The position numbers were made by a program, and so were the translations under genes. Below are positions 24,861 to 38,460 of a DNA stretch of 64,000 bases, piece after piece (position 1 is the stretch's first letter; every line of letters begins with the position of its first letter). The stretch lies in contig OZ320315.1 of assembly GCA_976226885.1 (NCBI GenBank), positions 50,530,001 to 50,594,000 on the forward strand, in the 5' to 3' direction. Under the pieces are notes generated by a model. That model was given only the letters and a program-made list of their open reading frames with translations. It did no database searches and was not told where the DNA came from. Origin of the DNA: Iphione sp. A-MEVVRFRX5. Its lineage: Eukaryota.

Positions 24861-26639
24861 TGCACCCGACATTAAAAAATGGCATCGATAAATTTCTATT
24901 CACTAGCTCTTCAAGATATGAATATGTTTTGTTCCAGCAAGTAATATGGGTTCATTGTGCGCTGGAGTCCTGGCTCTGAAGTAACTAGGTTTATGGGCCT
25001 ACTATCATAAGCCTGTCCAGGGAGGAACAATGGCTATGAGAGAATCACACACAATGCACTGGATAACCTTTGGAGTCGAACTTCAAATTCGATTGTGGAT
25101 GTTAAAGATTAGCGGAGAAAACCAACAATAGGGCTACCTAATCAATCATATCTATTCTATCGCCGTCCACCTTTTCCGCTCATAGAGAATGCCGGCAGAA
25201 ACGAGACCAGTGATGGGGCCGTTATGGGAGTGACAGCAAGTGTCCTGAGATGTAAATATATAGGATAGAGATTGATTGAATAACGTTTATTGAGCAATAT
25301 CAAAAGCTAAAACAAACAGTGAATTGGTCACCAAAAATTACTGAGATTAGTGAACATTACTTTAAAATAATTTCATGTGGGTTATTTTGCCAGCAAAGAA
25401 AGATCGTGTGTGTATTTGAATTACCTACAGCAAATTCGTGATATTAAAGTAGAATTCTGAGTGGTTTCTTGGGAGAAAGACTTGTGAATACAGGGCAAGA
25501 CTGGGGAGCCAGGAAGACTAACCAGGTCTATACAATAAAAAAGGCATTTTCTGTTTAGGATCTGTCAAAGAAACTACACAACACAGATTTCTGCCTATTT
25601 GAAAATTATAGTGGTCTAACTATATGTTAAGAGAAAACTCGTGCTGTCCATGAAAGAGAATTTTCCTGTCTGTATGGATGCGAAAACTATAATCAAATTT
25701 CTCTTCGGTGACACACAGCGGAAGACTCCTCACTATTGGCTCCGTGTTCTCCGTTCATCAGGGCACCAACAGATATTGAGGGAATATTTTTAGTTTCTAC
25801 TGTTTAGAGACGGAAACTGGACAATCCACCAGACAAAAAAATGAATCTTGTTCACGGAAAGAATATCGTATCGCTAATTCTGTTTGAATTCAATTAATCT
25901 ATTATAATTATGCAACTTCTTTTTCATGATAAATTTTTATATTACTAATAATGTGACAACCCTACACCTAATATACAAGTACTCTGAAACTCATGCAATT
26001 TATACTAATAACTAAGCCCATTGCTAGAATAAATATTCGGTCAGTGCACAAGAAGAACTGATACCAAGCGGTATCTCGATTGTATTTAAATGGAGTATGC
26101 CGCGTTACGTGGTATATAATAAATAACTAAATTTGAAAAGAAAATATAAACAAAATGATCTCATCAATATGACCTTAGTCTCTGTAATTTCGTAATAATA
26201 TTCAACACCAGCATAGCATATCAAAGAGAATATTTTTCTTACTTGGAAATCGCACTGCATGTCAACTTCATTGTTCATATTCATGATTCTGACATGGAGA
26301 AGGGAGCCATGCGCCTAATCACGTACATGTATTAGATAAGTGAGCATAACGTGGTAGACGACTGCTAAAATCAACATATTATACGGATTACGCTAATCCG
26401 TGAAATATGCAACAAATTCTGACCAATGCGTTCAGTGCTATTAGATAATACATAATCATGCATCCTTTGCGGCCAGACAATGATTTGTAAGACATGTTTG
26501 GAGGAGAAACCTCTCAGGGTTGCTAATGAAATGAATTCAAAAAATTGTGCTACTTTTGCAATATTAAATTTGATTTGCTCCTCTCAAATCACGTGCGAAG
26601 TTCACTTTTAAGGTATCATTTGTAGACGTTAATTATTGT

Positions 26640-27300
26640 GCTTGAAGGCGGCCTGAGGCGAGAATATGATACTAAACGACGCGTCGTGTTGACCACTTTT
26701 ATGTGCGATACGATTTCGCGGAAATACCAGATAACAGGCGATTGATATTGACAAACAGACGATATGTATATATCCTTTCGGCTTTCGATTTCCAAAAGGC
26801 GAGCCTTCCACGAGGTAACCCAAGCATAACTGCTGGCACTGAATATATAACAGGACATCGACGTGATGCATTATTTACCAAAGCGGCTTTGTCCAGTGGC
26901 GGTACACCATTCATCTAAAAACCTCCACTTGCAGGGGCGAAACACAGAGAATAGACGGAGGGCGGTGCTTTCTTCTACGTTCGTGGGGAACGCCGGCACG
27001 CCAGGGGCTAGAGGCCTGTACAGAATGGTGATGGTCATCCGCACTGACCGATGCAGGGGACGCCAGGCCGGCCCGATCCCCACATTGATCCGCCTGATGC
27101 TGGGGCCGCCCAGGCCGATAAGCCAAATCTGACAGCGGTCAGCTCCAGTCATCCTAGGGTGAAGATTGGCACGCGGAGCTGGACGCTAAGCCACACGGGC
27201 GAGCAGCTCGTTCACAACCTCCTGATCATTCAACTGACCTAATGACCGACCAGCCTCGGCGTCCTTAAAATCCCACCTCGTGCCACTGCAGCTCTATGTT
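26640..27300. promoter_or_regulatory. CpG-rich non-coding island, candidate enhancer
   Basis: GC/CpG-rich; many overlapping short ORFs in both directions, as expected for GC-rich non-coding DNA; imperfect DR2 at 27235-27248. Confidence 0.4.
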
Positions 27301-27404
27301 TGCTCTTACCCGGCGAGAAAACGAGCAACATCGAATGAAGATCAATGTTAAGAGACAAACGATCAAAACAGCCCATATAAAAAGGGTGTGTGTCTATGTG
27401 CATA

Positions 27405-27553
27405 NNNNNNNNNNNNNNNNNNNNNNNNNNNNNNNNNNNNNNNNNNNNNNNNNNNNNNNNNNNNNNNNNNNNNNNNNNNNNNNNNNNNNNNNNNNNNNNN
27501 NNNNNNNNNNNNNNNNNNNNNNNNNNNNNNNNNNNNNNNNNNNNNNNNNNNNN
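27405..27553. other. Assembly gap (149 N)
   Basis: Run of N; ORFs in the track that cross it are artefacts. Confidence 1.
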
Positions 27554-29299
27554 GACAGGCCGTGCTTAATTGCGTTCTTAATTCTAAACGAATACAAGGA
27601 AACTGCATCTTTATTATCTGCTATTACTACTTGTACGAACGTTAACGATTGGTACATAGACACAGACACGTGCACAATTAGAATGTTCACATTTATTGTG
27701 AATGTCATACTTTTGTGCTTAGATATATTCATATGTGTGGCATAATAGTTCGAATTAGAAAAAGGGAAACACCTGCTGACTTGCAAACAGAAGAACCCAG
27801 ATAGTATCTCATACATTAGTTTACTTCAAATTTACACGCATCAAACTACTAACAAAATGTACTCATTGTGACTATCGTTCCCGGTTACCGTTCATTACAT
27901 TTAAGAATACCCGCCTGTGACACGGGTTGACCAACACACATGTAACCTGGTGTGCTGCCCCTTCAGTCGTGCTTGGCGTCTGTTACGTATGCCAACTACT
28001 CGAATTTGTGTTACTCCGGAAGGTTTAAACCATATTAAATGGGGAAAAGAATGGTGCAGTCCTTTAAGAGACACAGGCCTCCCGATCGACGGCTAGGACA
28101 AATCCTCTCTATGAATCTCTACAATGGGCTCTTTGCACTGAAAAATCAGATTATATGCACTTCGTATCCAGTATGTCAGTACGTTGATGCTCGTTGAATT
28201 TCACTGGCAATGAAAATGTGTTCTGTTCTCAGCACAAATGCAGAAGTTCTGCACATACAAGTTTCTGAAACTTAACTCGCTGGAATTCTGGGACATAATC
28301 GATACCGTCTTGCACCGTAATGCACTTTATACGCAAAGAAATAATAAAATCGATGCTATAATGGCTCAGGTAGGCCCCGAAGTTGAAATCTTACATACTG
28401 AGACTACCTGTTATTAACCTCTTATCCCCGTTACTTTTCGCGCACAGCGCAACAGTCAGAGCATTCAGGGCAGTGTTTTTGGTTTTAACTGAAGCGTGTT
28501 AACTAAGGGATTCAGAACCTGAAAGAAATTTGCAATCTTCGAATTCCTTTTCACATGCCCTTGAGAGAAAATCATGAGTAGTAGAGGAAAAGTAATGGCA
28601 GACTCAGGGAGCGTAAAGCGTGAGCCTTTCGACAGAAAGGTTTCATCTATTTATATACGAACATGTATATAGCAGAAGAGACTTTTCCATCTTTATTTCC
28701 TCCGCTGTGAGTATCAGACGACATTTCGATGTCTGCTAAATACGATGCGAAGCAGACAACGCACATGTGAGCCCGGATGTGCTCGTACTGCTTGGGGATG
28801 AGGTGATAAAAGCTAATAACGAGAACTTACAGCAAAACAGTGCAGACAGTCTCCAAACATTATACGTGACAATTCAGCTTGGTGCACTACTAAGATGTTT
28901 ACATCCGCACCATAATTTATTCTTTTGTTGTAAGAAATTACGCGTTTCATTAAGAAGGACATCTAGAGATCGAGACAAATATGTCTAGGAAAGCAAAAAT
29001 TATATGACAGACAGACCGATACAGGTTCTACCATGAATATAACATTTTAATAGTTTATTGCGAGCGTCTTGATAGCTATTTGTGTTGCCGTTCTGTCGGA
29101 CTTTCCTTCGATTACATTCAAGAACATCTCTGTGACTTACTCAAAATTCGTTATGCGCCAAATGGGATGATAAAACGTCTCCGATAAGTTCATTTAGGCG
29201 TTGCCGGTGTGAAGGAAAAAGTGCTGCTTGATAGAGTGTCATTAAAAGGTGCTGCACTATCAAGTGCTGCTCATTTTCAGAGCCTTTTATTTCTATAGC

Positions 29300-30360
29300 C
29301 CAAGCACGGCCCAATAGAGACATCAGTTTGGTTTATGGTGGCCATAACTTTGTCCGCCAGGCGACAAACGCCTGCGCAACCGGGGCTGGAAACCTGCGCT
29401 AGGCGGACGACAGATCACGTGACTACAGGAACCTGCAGCACAAAAAGCACGGCGAGGTGGGAAAAAACACCATCACGTGCCCATTCATTGTGGCTTAACG
29501 TGACAAAAAGCGGACCATATTGATGATCGAGCAATGAAAAAAAAGTGCGCCCGCATGCCGGTGCGCACCTGCGACTTTGATGAGGAGGGCATGTTGCTCT
29601 GCCTGGAGGGGGTAGTTTTGAAGCTCTTCATGATGCTAGTCAGCGAATGAGAATGATGATAAAAATCATGGTTTTGAAAGTTTACTGCTCTGCACAAACA
29701 ATATAACAGCCCGTGCGGTACATAAAACACGCGCGAAGGACACGACTCCATCAGAATTACGATTGGCTGTGCTAGTTTGCATTACCGCACCAATGAATAC
29801 GATCATTGCCGAACAAAGAGAAAAGGGCCCGTTTACTGTTAATGAAATGTGATTAAAAATGATCCCCGCAGATTGCTTCTCTTGTTCGAGGGAGGTGCAT
29901 GCCGGAGGATTGAGAGGGGCCGGGGGCCAACCCTCGGTGCATTCCCATAAAGTAGCCGGAGCCACTCCGGAGAGTGGCGAGCGATTGAGGCTATGACATA
30001 CGCCACGTGGTGGAGGACGAGGGCGTAATCAGAACCGTGCGATAAAGAGAAACGCCTCACGGAAGGGCCTCGGGGGCTTTCTAGCACACGACGCGAACAC
30101 TTTGGGGAGGTTTTACACATGATTTACTATCTGACGTCGTAAGCCACGGCCGACTGGACCCGGTGAACGTCGACTCGGCGGTGAGGTCAGCGAGTACGGA
30201 ATGACTTCGCTGCTGACTTCATTGCATCAGTGAGTCATGGAAGGTCTGACGCGAGGCGAATGAGACAAGTCACTACTCCAGGGCAGACCGAGCCTTCATT
30301 CCTTTCACATCCGGGTCACATGATCCAGGATTTCTCTTAGCATTATTACCGAGGCGCGTT
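29300..30360. promoter_or_regulatory. CpG-rich island with E-box and bZIP motif clusters
   Basis: TCACGTGA at 29415-29422, further CACGTG boxes near 29474 and 30005, and a bZIP cluster at 30201-30238. Confidence 0.45.
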
Positions 30361-31239
30361 CAGTCGGAAAGAACAAAGGAATGCCCATACATAACGTGGG
30401 TTAGAGGAGGACCATTTCAGACAGGTCACTTCAGCAAAAAATAAATACATGCACGTTAATCATAATTCTAGTTCAGTTTGTATTGTTTATTTGATTCGGT
30501 GTTCTGTAAGTTGCCCGTAGAAGGCGTTTAATGCCGTTAAAAGAAAAAAAACTCAGCAGCGTTGACTGCCTATTCGAAGCAATGATCTACTCAGAAATAT
30601 ACGTTTCTCTATGAAGAATTACAATCAAGATCAGTTCAGGATGGAAAGAGAAAAAGTGCACATCATATAAAAAAACTTACTCTGGATAGAACTTTAATTA
30701 TGGCTGTTAGGAGAATCTCACGGTGAACTCGAAACGGGCAATTTCCAAAGTGCTGTGCTCTTGACGTCCTTCCAACATTGCAAACCGAACTCATTTCAAA
30801 AGTAATTACCTATTTCCAACTGACAGTGTCGTACAGATCTGAGCTCGTTGCGTTTATATGATAGCCTGGAATGCACGGACCGCTACCTTGTTATCTAAGC
30901 CAGGCAATTTCAGATGAATACTCGGACCAATAGGGTAATCTATTTCAGAGATTCCTTTTGTTGTTAAGATGCCACAGTGATGACGTGTGGCACTTACTGA
31001 CAGTGATGACCCTTTGAAACGCAGCAAAAACTATGCAGAAACGAAACTGCTCTCTGTAAGACAAACTCGCCAGAGCGACCAAGCACAGGGGGCCATCTGT
31101 GTGTGTGTGTCTGTGTATGTGTGTGGACATAGATTGAGAGGAGGACGATTTAGGGAGATGTCCAGGACTGCAGTGTTATCCACAAAATGCTGCCTTATAA
31201 CTCCCTGCCTTTGAAGTACTCTTATCAGGCACGGGTCGA

Positions 31240-31960
31240 AAGCAAGGCAATACACATTGGCCGCTGACTGCAGGGAAGCGGTAATTCCATACTGGCATTA
31301 CATGGAGAGCAAAACCGAAGCCACCTCGGGCGTGACAGACTCCCATGAAGGACGAGGAGGCCTCCAGCTCAATCTCTGTCTTGCGTCCCGCCCCGTCCCG
31401 TCCGCATGCGCTAACGAGCCTCTAATTGGACACGGATAGGGAATCCAAGTCCAGCAATGGCGCACAACCCTTTGTTGTAGGATAGTGTAACATGCGCGAA
31501 ATGACCCTTTATTATGGCAAGCACAGCCCCGTGACTGCATGGAACAAGAAACAAACCGCACCTAGCAGTCGGCGAGGGTCTCTGCTTGATGTGCCCAAGT
31601 CGCTCCCCCCTCTAAGAGGAAATATGGTCGATTGGCATGAAGAGGACTCGTATCCAATGCTCATTATATATTTTTGCTTTTCGGAGTGAGGCGGCCGGAG
31701 TCTTCACTGTGCACACACCGACGGTGTGACCAATATGGCTCTCTTATAAACGGCTCCATAAAACAAGAGGAACTACCCGCCCCCACCGCCGTCGCCGTAC
31801 TTGGGTACAGACCCCACATCAGTCAATCCGGCAATCGTGGCGGATAAAGTGATACAAGACATCACTCTTGAACAAATAAGAGCCATCAATCGACCGTTCT
31901 CGCCGTCCCGACGACGATGCTTAGCATGGGTGTTTGTCGGACAATGCATTGATATTTCGT
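31240..31960. promoter_or_regulatory. CpG-rich non-coding island, candidate enhancer
   Basis: GC/CpG-rich with homeodomain-type motifs (TAATTG, CCATAAA, CCATCAATCG) and inverted T-box-like half-sites at 31714-31729. Confidence 0.35.
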
Positions 31961-34900
31961 ACAACAAAGCGCCATGGCAATTATTTTACTTTATACAAGG
32001 GCTCCTGCTTGAACACTTACCCAATACACAGCTGGAGGCGAGTACATATGTGTCATTGCACCCGTCCCTCGTAGCTGAAGTCAATACGGTCCGCTGGTGA
32101 AGTAATCAGATAACACAGTCTGCACTATGGATCCATCCAAACATAATAGACCCTTGGACCCAGCCACATTCCCTCAGGGTTTGTCTGAAAACAACTGACA
32201 ATACAGGTAATCTAACGATGTCCACCCTCGGCTCCCAAATCCCACTAGTGTATCAAGTCCCATCGGAAAACATCGTAGTGCCGCCCCATTGAGGGGCACT
32301 TTAGTCTTGCTATTCCAAATATACGAGCATGTAATTCCGAGATGCTTTATCGTGTTCATAATTGGTGTTTTTTTGAAAGTCGTCGACGTTGTACTACGTG
32401 AAAACCACCAGATTGCTGCAATGCTTTTCAAGCCTTGGTGTTTGGGAGAAAATATAAAAATGAACGTTGGCATAGGTTTTGCCATCACTAGCGCCGAGGG
32501 TTAACCATTAAGATGAGATTGTCCAAAACTTTGAAGGTACAGACAACCATTGAATTCACATTTAAGGAATGTGTCATGTACTTAGAAAAGATCAATCCTG
32601 TGACGATTCAATAATATCCTATATCTATCTCTCAACGGGTAGATCTTAGCACGTTCAACACGTCAATATAACGTTATTGCCAACGTTTCTCACACACAAA
32701 TGCCGTGTGTTTGAAGTAGAACTTATCGCATCGGAGAAATGATCTCTTTTCCGAAGATCAGCAGTGAAAAATACTTTCTTGGGAAGAAAACAAATATCTG
32801 AGAAATTTCAGTCGAAAACACTACTGGGACAATAAGTAGAGAAAAAACATTTACAATCTCATTCAATGCATTTGGAAACAGGCGATGAGAAACAAGAGAA
32901 GTGAAGTTGTTTCACATGGCCCAAGACACAATGCACCAAGAAAAATTCCCGCCATTGCCAATAGCCTATGTGCAGAAATGATTATCACCTTAGTAACGGA
33001 GGGCACACTTGGGGGCTGAAATGATTGAAAACTCAAAAAATAGGAATCAGTTGACTGACAGAAAAGTCTGTCCCTACTGTCTTCCTTAGCAGCAGTACTT
33101 CGGCAATTGGTCTATTGATAGAATAGCACAGCCATTACCAACGTATGTTCAATCAGAGCACAGCTGACCTGGACTCACTTAATATGTCGGCGTTCAAAGG
33201 TAGAGAATGAGTCGGATTAAACGGCAAAACTTTGGGTGTCTTTTTGTCTTTAAGCCTTTAATGATTCCTAAAGAATAAACAGATACGACAAAGCTTATAC
33301 TTTTATCATAGGGGATATCGTTTCATCATACATGTATAGAGATAGACAAAGTGAACGAGATAGAAGAAACAAGAGACGAAGTAGGCCATGATTCAATCGG
33401 TCTCCTGTTCAGCGCGGTGCATCACGTCAGGGTCATGACACAGGATTCTACCTGGGCGTCACTTTGACAGCCATGAGACAACGCTCCTGTCAGCTCTGTC
33501 AATTATATAGCAACGCCGACATTAATGCGCCAATCCACGCCTGGGTCTCCCCGAGGCAAGCAGTCTTTTTTTCAACTTTTACTTATCCTGGCAACTAATC
33601 GAGCCGGCCATAGTGTAAATGAAATAGGACTTCCTAATGAACTATAAAATGAACTATATACAATCTGTACAATATTACATTGTAAGCGACCGGGCGATGA
33701 GAAAAATTGCAGTTTAATATTATATACAATATTTACAACAATAACACATCAGTCAGACAGAATGTCCATTTCGTATCACTTCGATTGAAAACAATTCATA
33801 TCGAGTCCATGGCACTTGTAAATATATGAGGCTCTCCAGTTTTTATTGTTTAACCTTTGGAACAATTCATTCTTTATTTTCTTCTTAATTCCTTTTTAAG
33901 AACCTTCAAATCATCTTTTAGTGCATTCCAGAACTGGATTGCGTTAGGTTCCGGAGAAGGGGAGCAGGCCTGTTCTTGCACACAATAGGCCCTACCGGCT
34001 ATTTTAACTCAGGGGGGCTCGGCAGGACCATGCTACACAAGGAAAATAATAAACTTCCGATGCGGCGGCTCTAACCACTTCTAACCGCACACCATTAGTT
34101 CCTTTCCTTGGTAAGCATTTAGCGGCGTTTGCGGTAAGCAACTGTTTGAATAATCGAAGTAATATTTTTGGGTTGGGGAAGGCTGTATGCCATTACCATG
34201 CCGAACCCGAGAGTGCTGGATATAGCGGAGGCGGATTGAGTGCATGCGTGTGTTTGGTATCGTAAAGTTCAGCCTCAAATGACGCCCTTCCTCCTCTTAC
34301 CAGCTGGCGCCGGACACAAGGACGTAATTAGGACAACGGTCAATCGAACACGCTTGCTATTCCACTCGGGCATGTAGCGGCTTAATATAAAGTGTTTATG
34401 AACGCAGCTGCGCACGGAGGAAGATGGCATTTGTTCGAAGGAAAGTAAGAAAGAGTCTAGGGGATAGATGGCTGAAGGTCACGCCGCCCACTGATCCATC
34501 AATCGGGTAATTGTAAGTAAAGTACAGCAGAAACAGCAGAAAGGACAACACATATAGGAAGTCAAACCTTGATTCACATCAGCATTTTACACAGCAAAAT
34601 GTTCCTTTTACATGGTAGAGTAGAAACCCACTTGAAGACCGACCCATGTTTGAAACAAAACCTTCAGGCCAGGTTTGTAAAGAACCACATACATGTACTT
34701 ATTCAAATTACATTACTCTAGAGAGGGACCAATATTGGTTGAACGCTTGTAATGATTTAACAACTAAACTAAAGCAGCGAGATTGAAAAGAAAGGTTAAA
34801 GGTATGTATGTGTCAGAGTTTGAAGTCTGTTCAGTGCTTATTTATGACCATGTAGAATTTTTTCAATCAGATCCGGTGAGCCAATTAGAAGTCTGCTTAA

Positions 34901-35019
34901 AGATGATCAACAGAAATTCAAAGCGAATGGCACGCTTCTTATCTCGGAGCGGACAGCGGTGTTAGTTCTGCGCAATTTTTCTGGCTGGAGAACTGTTCAA
35001 TAGGAGTCAGTTGTCAGAT

Positions 35020-35500
35020 GATCAGGACGAGGTCTCGGGCGGCAGGAGATCGCGCCCCGGCTACTTCCGCACGCCGTCGGGCGGCGAGCTGTGGAATGCC
35101 CGAGGCGGCCGCGCGGCGGGTTCGACATCGATATGATATATTGGTCGAGTCGTAGGTGAGACAGTCTCGTCGATAGATTCCGGGGTGGCGGTCTCGCCTA
35201 CCGGCCGACGTAGTGACGCCTCACGTTCGCGCGGATGATGCATCCGCGCGTTATCTGGCCGCGTCGGGCCGAGCCGGACGAACACCCAGGCGCAGGGCGG
35301 GCGAGCGGGCCGCGGCTGGGATTAAATGTCGCGGTGTCGGGAAGAAAAGACGCCGAATAGCCGGGCAACGATAGCCTATCTGGCCATGTGCACTGCACTG
35401 GGAGACAGAGAGGAAGGGTGGGGCGGGAGGCGGCCGCAGCGCGGCGCTATTATCACCCGTACGCAATGTCCATTTATTAGGAATCCTCCCATTGGTCTGA
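35020..35500. promoter_or_regulatory. Strongest CpG island of the window; promoter-like
   Basis: Very high GC and CpG density, several GGGCGG boxes, reverse CCAAT (ATTGG) near 35140 and 35491. No associated coding exon found and direction unknown. Confidence 0.5.
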
Positions 35501-37959
35501 TGCATTACTACGACATTCAATCAAACCGCGCCAAACTCTATCGCGGTATATCCAGCTGTAAGAAACGCATCGATCTAAGAAGTAATAGGCTTGGTAGATT
35601 GCGGAATAGGTTACATGACACAAAAGAAAATCCGCTAGCGATTAGTTCTAGGCAAAAATCAATATCAGTCGATTCGGTCCAAAGTCAGGGTAATATATTA
35701 CACATGACCTCGAATTGATGGGTGGTCAGTTAAGCTGGGCAGGTTGGTGAGAAGACCACATGCATATGTACGCATGCAATTTTAGGGTAGCATGGAAGAG
35801 GAACCTTCCTTTCGCCTCTTAAAAGGGTTCAGGAACCCCATTATAGTTGGAGCAGGTGGTGGTTTCCGCGGCGGGGCCGATGACAAGAAGTCGACGGCTG
35901 CCAGGAAGAGCCGCCGACACGAAACAGCATGGTGGCTGAAGGCTTTCACCTCCCCCTGGGGGCGTTCGGTTGGTCAATATGAGTGTATTTCATGTAGGTC
36001 TCCCTCGGTGTCTTTATCCTTAGCGAAAAAAGAACCCCCGTAGAGTGAATGTAGCCTTTGTTGTGGTGTAGCCTAAGCAATATTCCTATAGAGTGTTTCA
36101 TCATCTGCTGTAGAGAAACGGAAAAAAGGGAAACTTCCAAAACTCTCACAGGGGGCTTTCAGGTATTGCAAACGAAAGTAATAAAGTGAGTACAATAACG
36201 CGATCTCTTTCAATTTAAGATATTGCACCTTTAGATACAAAAGATGGAAAGGTGATCGATGAAACATATTAATCCGGAGGAAGAAATTCAATGTGTGAAA
36301 GTGGCGAGATGGCGGGGTGACGACTTGGACGAACAGTTGGCGGAGCAAACCATGGGAATGAATTTAATCTTCAACGCAACACGCCAGACCCGCACTAGAC
36401 CCCAAAATTGTGACATATCTGTAATGGACCGATCCATCTTTCCAGGAATCTATCAGCCGGGATGCATTGTAGCCAATGGTGGTCGGTGGCCGGGGTGAGG
36501 GGACCAAGAGCCCATGCCTGGCATTGCTAATAATTTGCTTTGCAGTGTTGCCCTTCCTTTACCAGGCTTGGGAGCTAAACAATCGTCGCCCATCAATAAA
36601 TAGGAAAAACTGACCCGTGCCCAGAAACCATGCTGCACTCATCTTCCGACATCTTCCCGTTTCCTTCTGGGATTCTGACAAATTATCCTCACGGGCTACC
36701 TCAAGACAATTGCGAATGCTTACCAGAAGGAAAATTGTGATAAAAATGGTCCAAGCCAATTTATCCCTAGCAAAATTGGTTCCAAAACGTAATGTGATGG
36801 ATGTCAACGTTGACACCGTTCTGGAAGTATCATGTTTTGTCACACTCTCATAAAAACTCACCATGTTTCAACACTTTTAAAAGATAGAATGTAAATGATA
36901 TTCAATAAAAATGAGTACAGCCTGCCATGAAAATGCCAGAAATAGAAAGGAAGGGATTAGGGAGAAAGCATGAATAATTGTCCTCCAAGGGAACCGTCAT
37001 TATTAATCAGCGTTAGCACGCGCACACGACAATGGATTGTGGACAGGAGTCACACTGTCATGATGAACCCCAACAAACTGCTTTAAGCAAGGTTTTGGTT
37101 CTAAGAAGTGTAAGAAGATTAGCAAGCTCGTGGGGCATCCATTTCCAGACGCATTCGAGCATGGTGATTTTGGTATAGGTATATTCTTTTATTTGCCTAC
37201 ATTTCTCTGCTTATCCAGCCAAATGACCATAGTTGTATTAAGCTTCACAGGCATCTTAGTCAGGAATATTCCTTGAGAGAGAAAGCACACCAGTTTAGTT
37301 TTTTTATTTGGCATTTCAAGAAATTTATTTAATAACACTCTTTCATGTTGTATTATATAGATATAAAATATTAGTTACTTTGTCGTTTACATTTATTCTG
37401 CTTTACAGTAAAATGGTCAACCAAAGGGGGATGGCACTCAGGCATAGTTTATGTTCACAATAAGACGTTTCTCATATTCCAGATGTAATGTTATCAGATA
37501 TAGGGATCTTTTTAGAGAACATGTACATGTAGTAAGTTGAGCGAGCTCAGGAAGCAAGGCATATTATTTTAGTTTTCGCCACTATGATATGCTGGACTTT
37601 CAGATTAGCTACTGTAATATTTTCAAAAAGGAAATAATTATCTTCAAAAAGTTGCAGTCTATAGACTTGAGAGGTAACAAGAAGGCAGTTGTAGTGCGGC
37701 TTTCCATACATAAATACATTTTCTGATCAGTATTTTTGCATACTTTTCTAGCAGAAGTCCCAAAGCGATTCTGCGGAATTGCCATTACCATATGCTATAT
37801 AGTCTCTCTATGATTTCGCCTTTTAGAGCTGATCTAATAAACCAATCATATTTATCCATCAACATTCATTATACAGTGACCACTATGAGAAAATTTTGTG
37901 CGGTGTCCTGTTGGTTCGCCAGCAATATGGAACTCTCAGGGAAAAGACTTGGATGTCTC

Positions 37960-38460
37960 CTGATATGCGATGTATGTATCACTGTTCGTTCTGCATGGCG
38001 TCCACGGGATGCGGGTGGGTGAAGGGATGCAAGGGCCACTGAACACTGACGTTCGCCAGCCCTGCTCCAGCGGGCAGAGCAGAACGATGAATTACACAGG
38101 CCTGAGGGGTGCGACAGTGCACCATCTCCTGGTGTATACCCGCGCCCGAAGCATAATTATTGCAAGGGACGATGCGGTCAGTTGTGATACATTTTCGTCG
38201 GCATTGCGCGCGGCGGCGTCCAATAGCCTGGCCTTGGGGATTGGCCCACAGGCTCCGATGCCGCGGAGGGCATTGGACGGTAGCCATGCCAAGTATGATG
38301 AATATGGTGGTAAGCATACCAAAGAGACGGCGCCCTCAAAGGCAGCTGGGACATTGCTTTTCCCGCGGCTACCCAGATACAATATTGCCTGCACGGAAGC
38401 TTAAGTTGACAAATAGCTCTCTGTTCGACACCTACTGACCGGCACCCTTGCCTAACAATA
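37960..38460. promoter_or_regulatory. CpG-rich non-coding island
   Basis: GC/CpG-rich block with open frames on both strands that are not protein-like. Confidence 0.35.

Noticed and set aside
27296-27816. ORFs spanning the N run
   Set aside because: Artefacts of the assembly gap.
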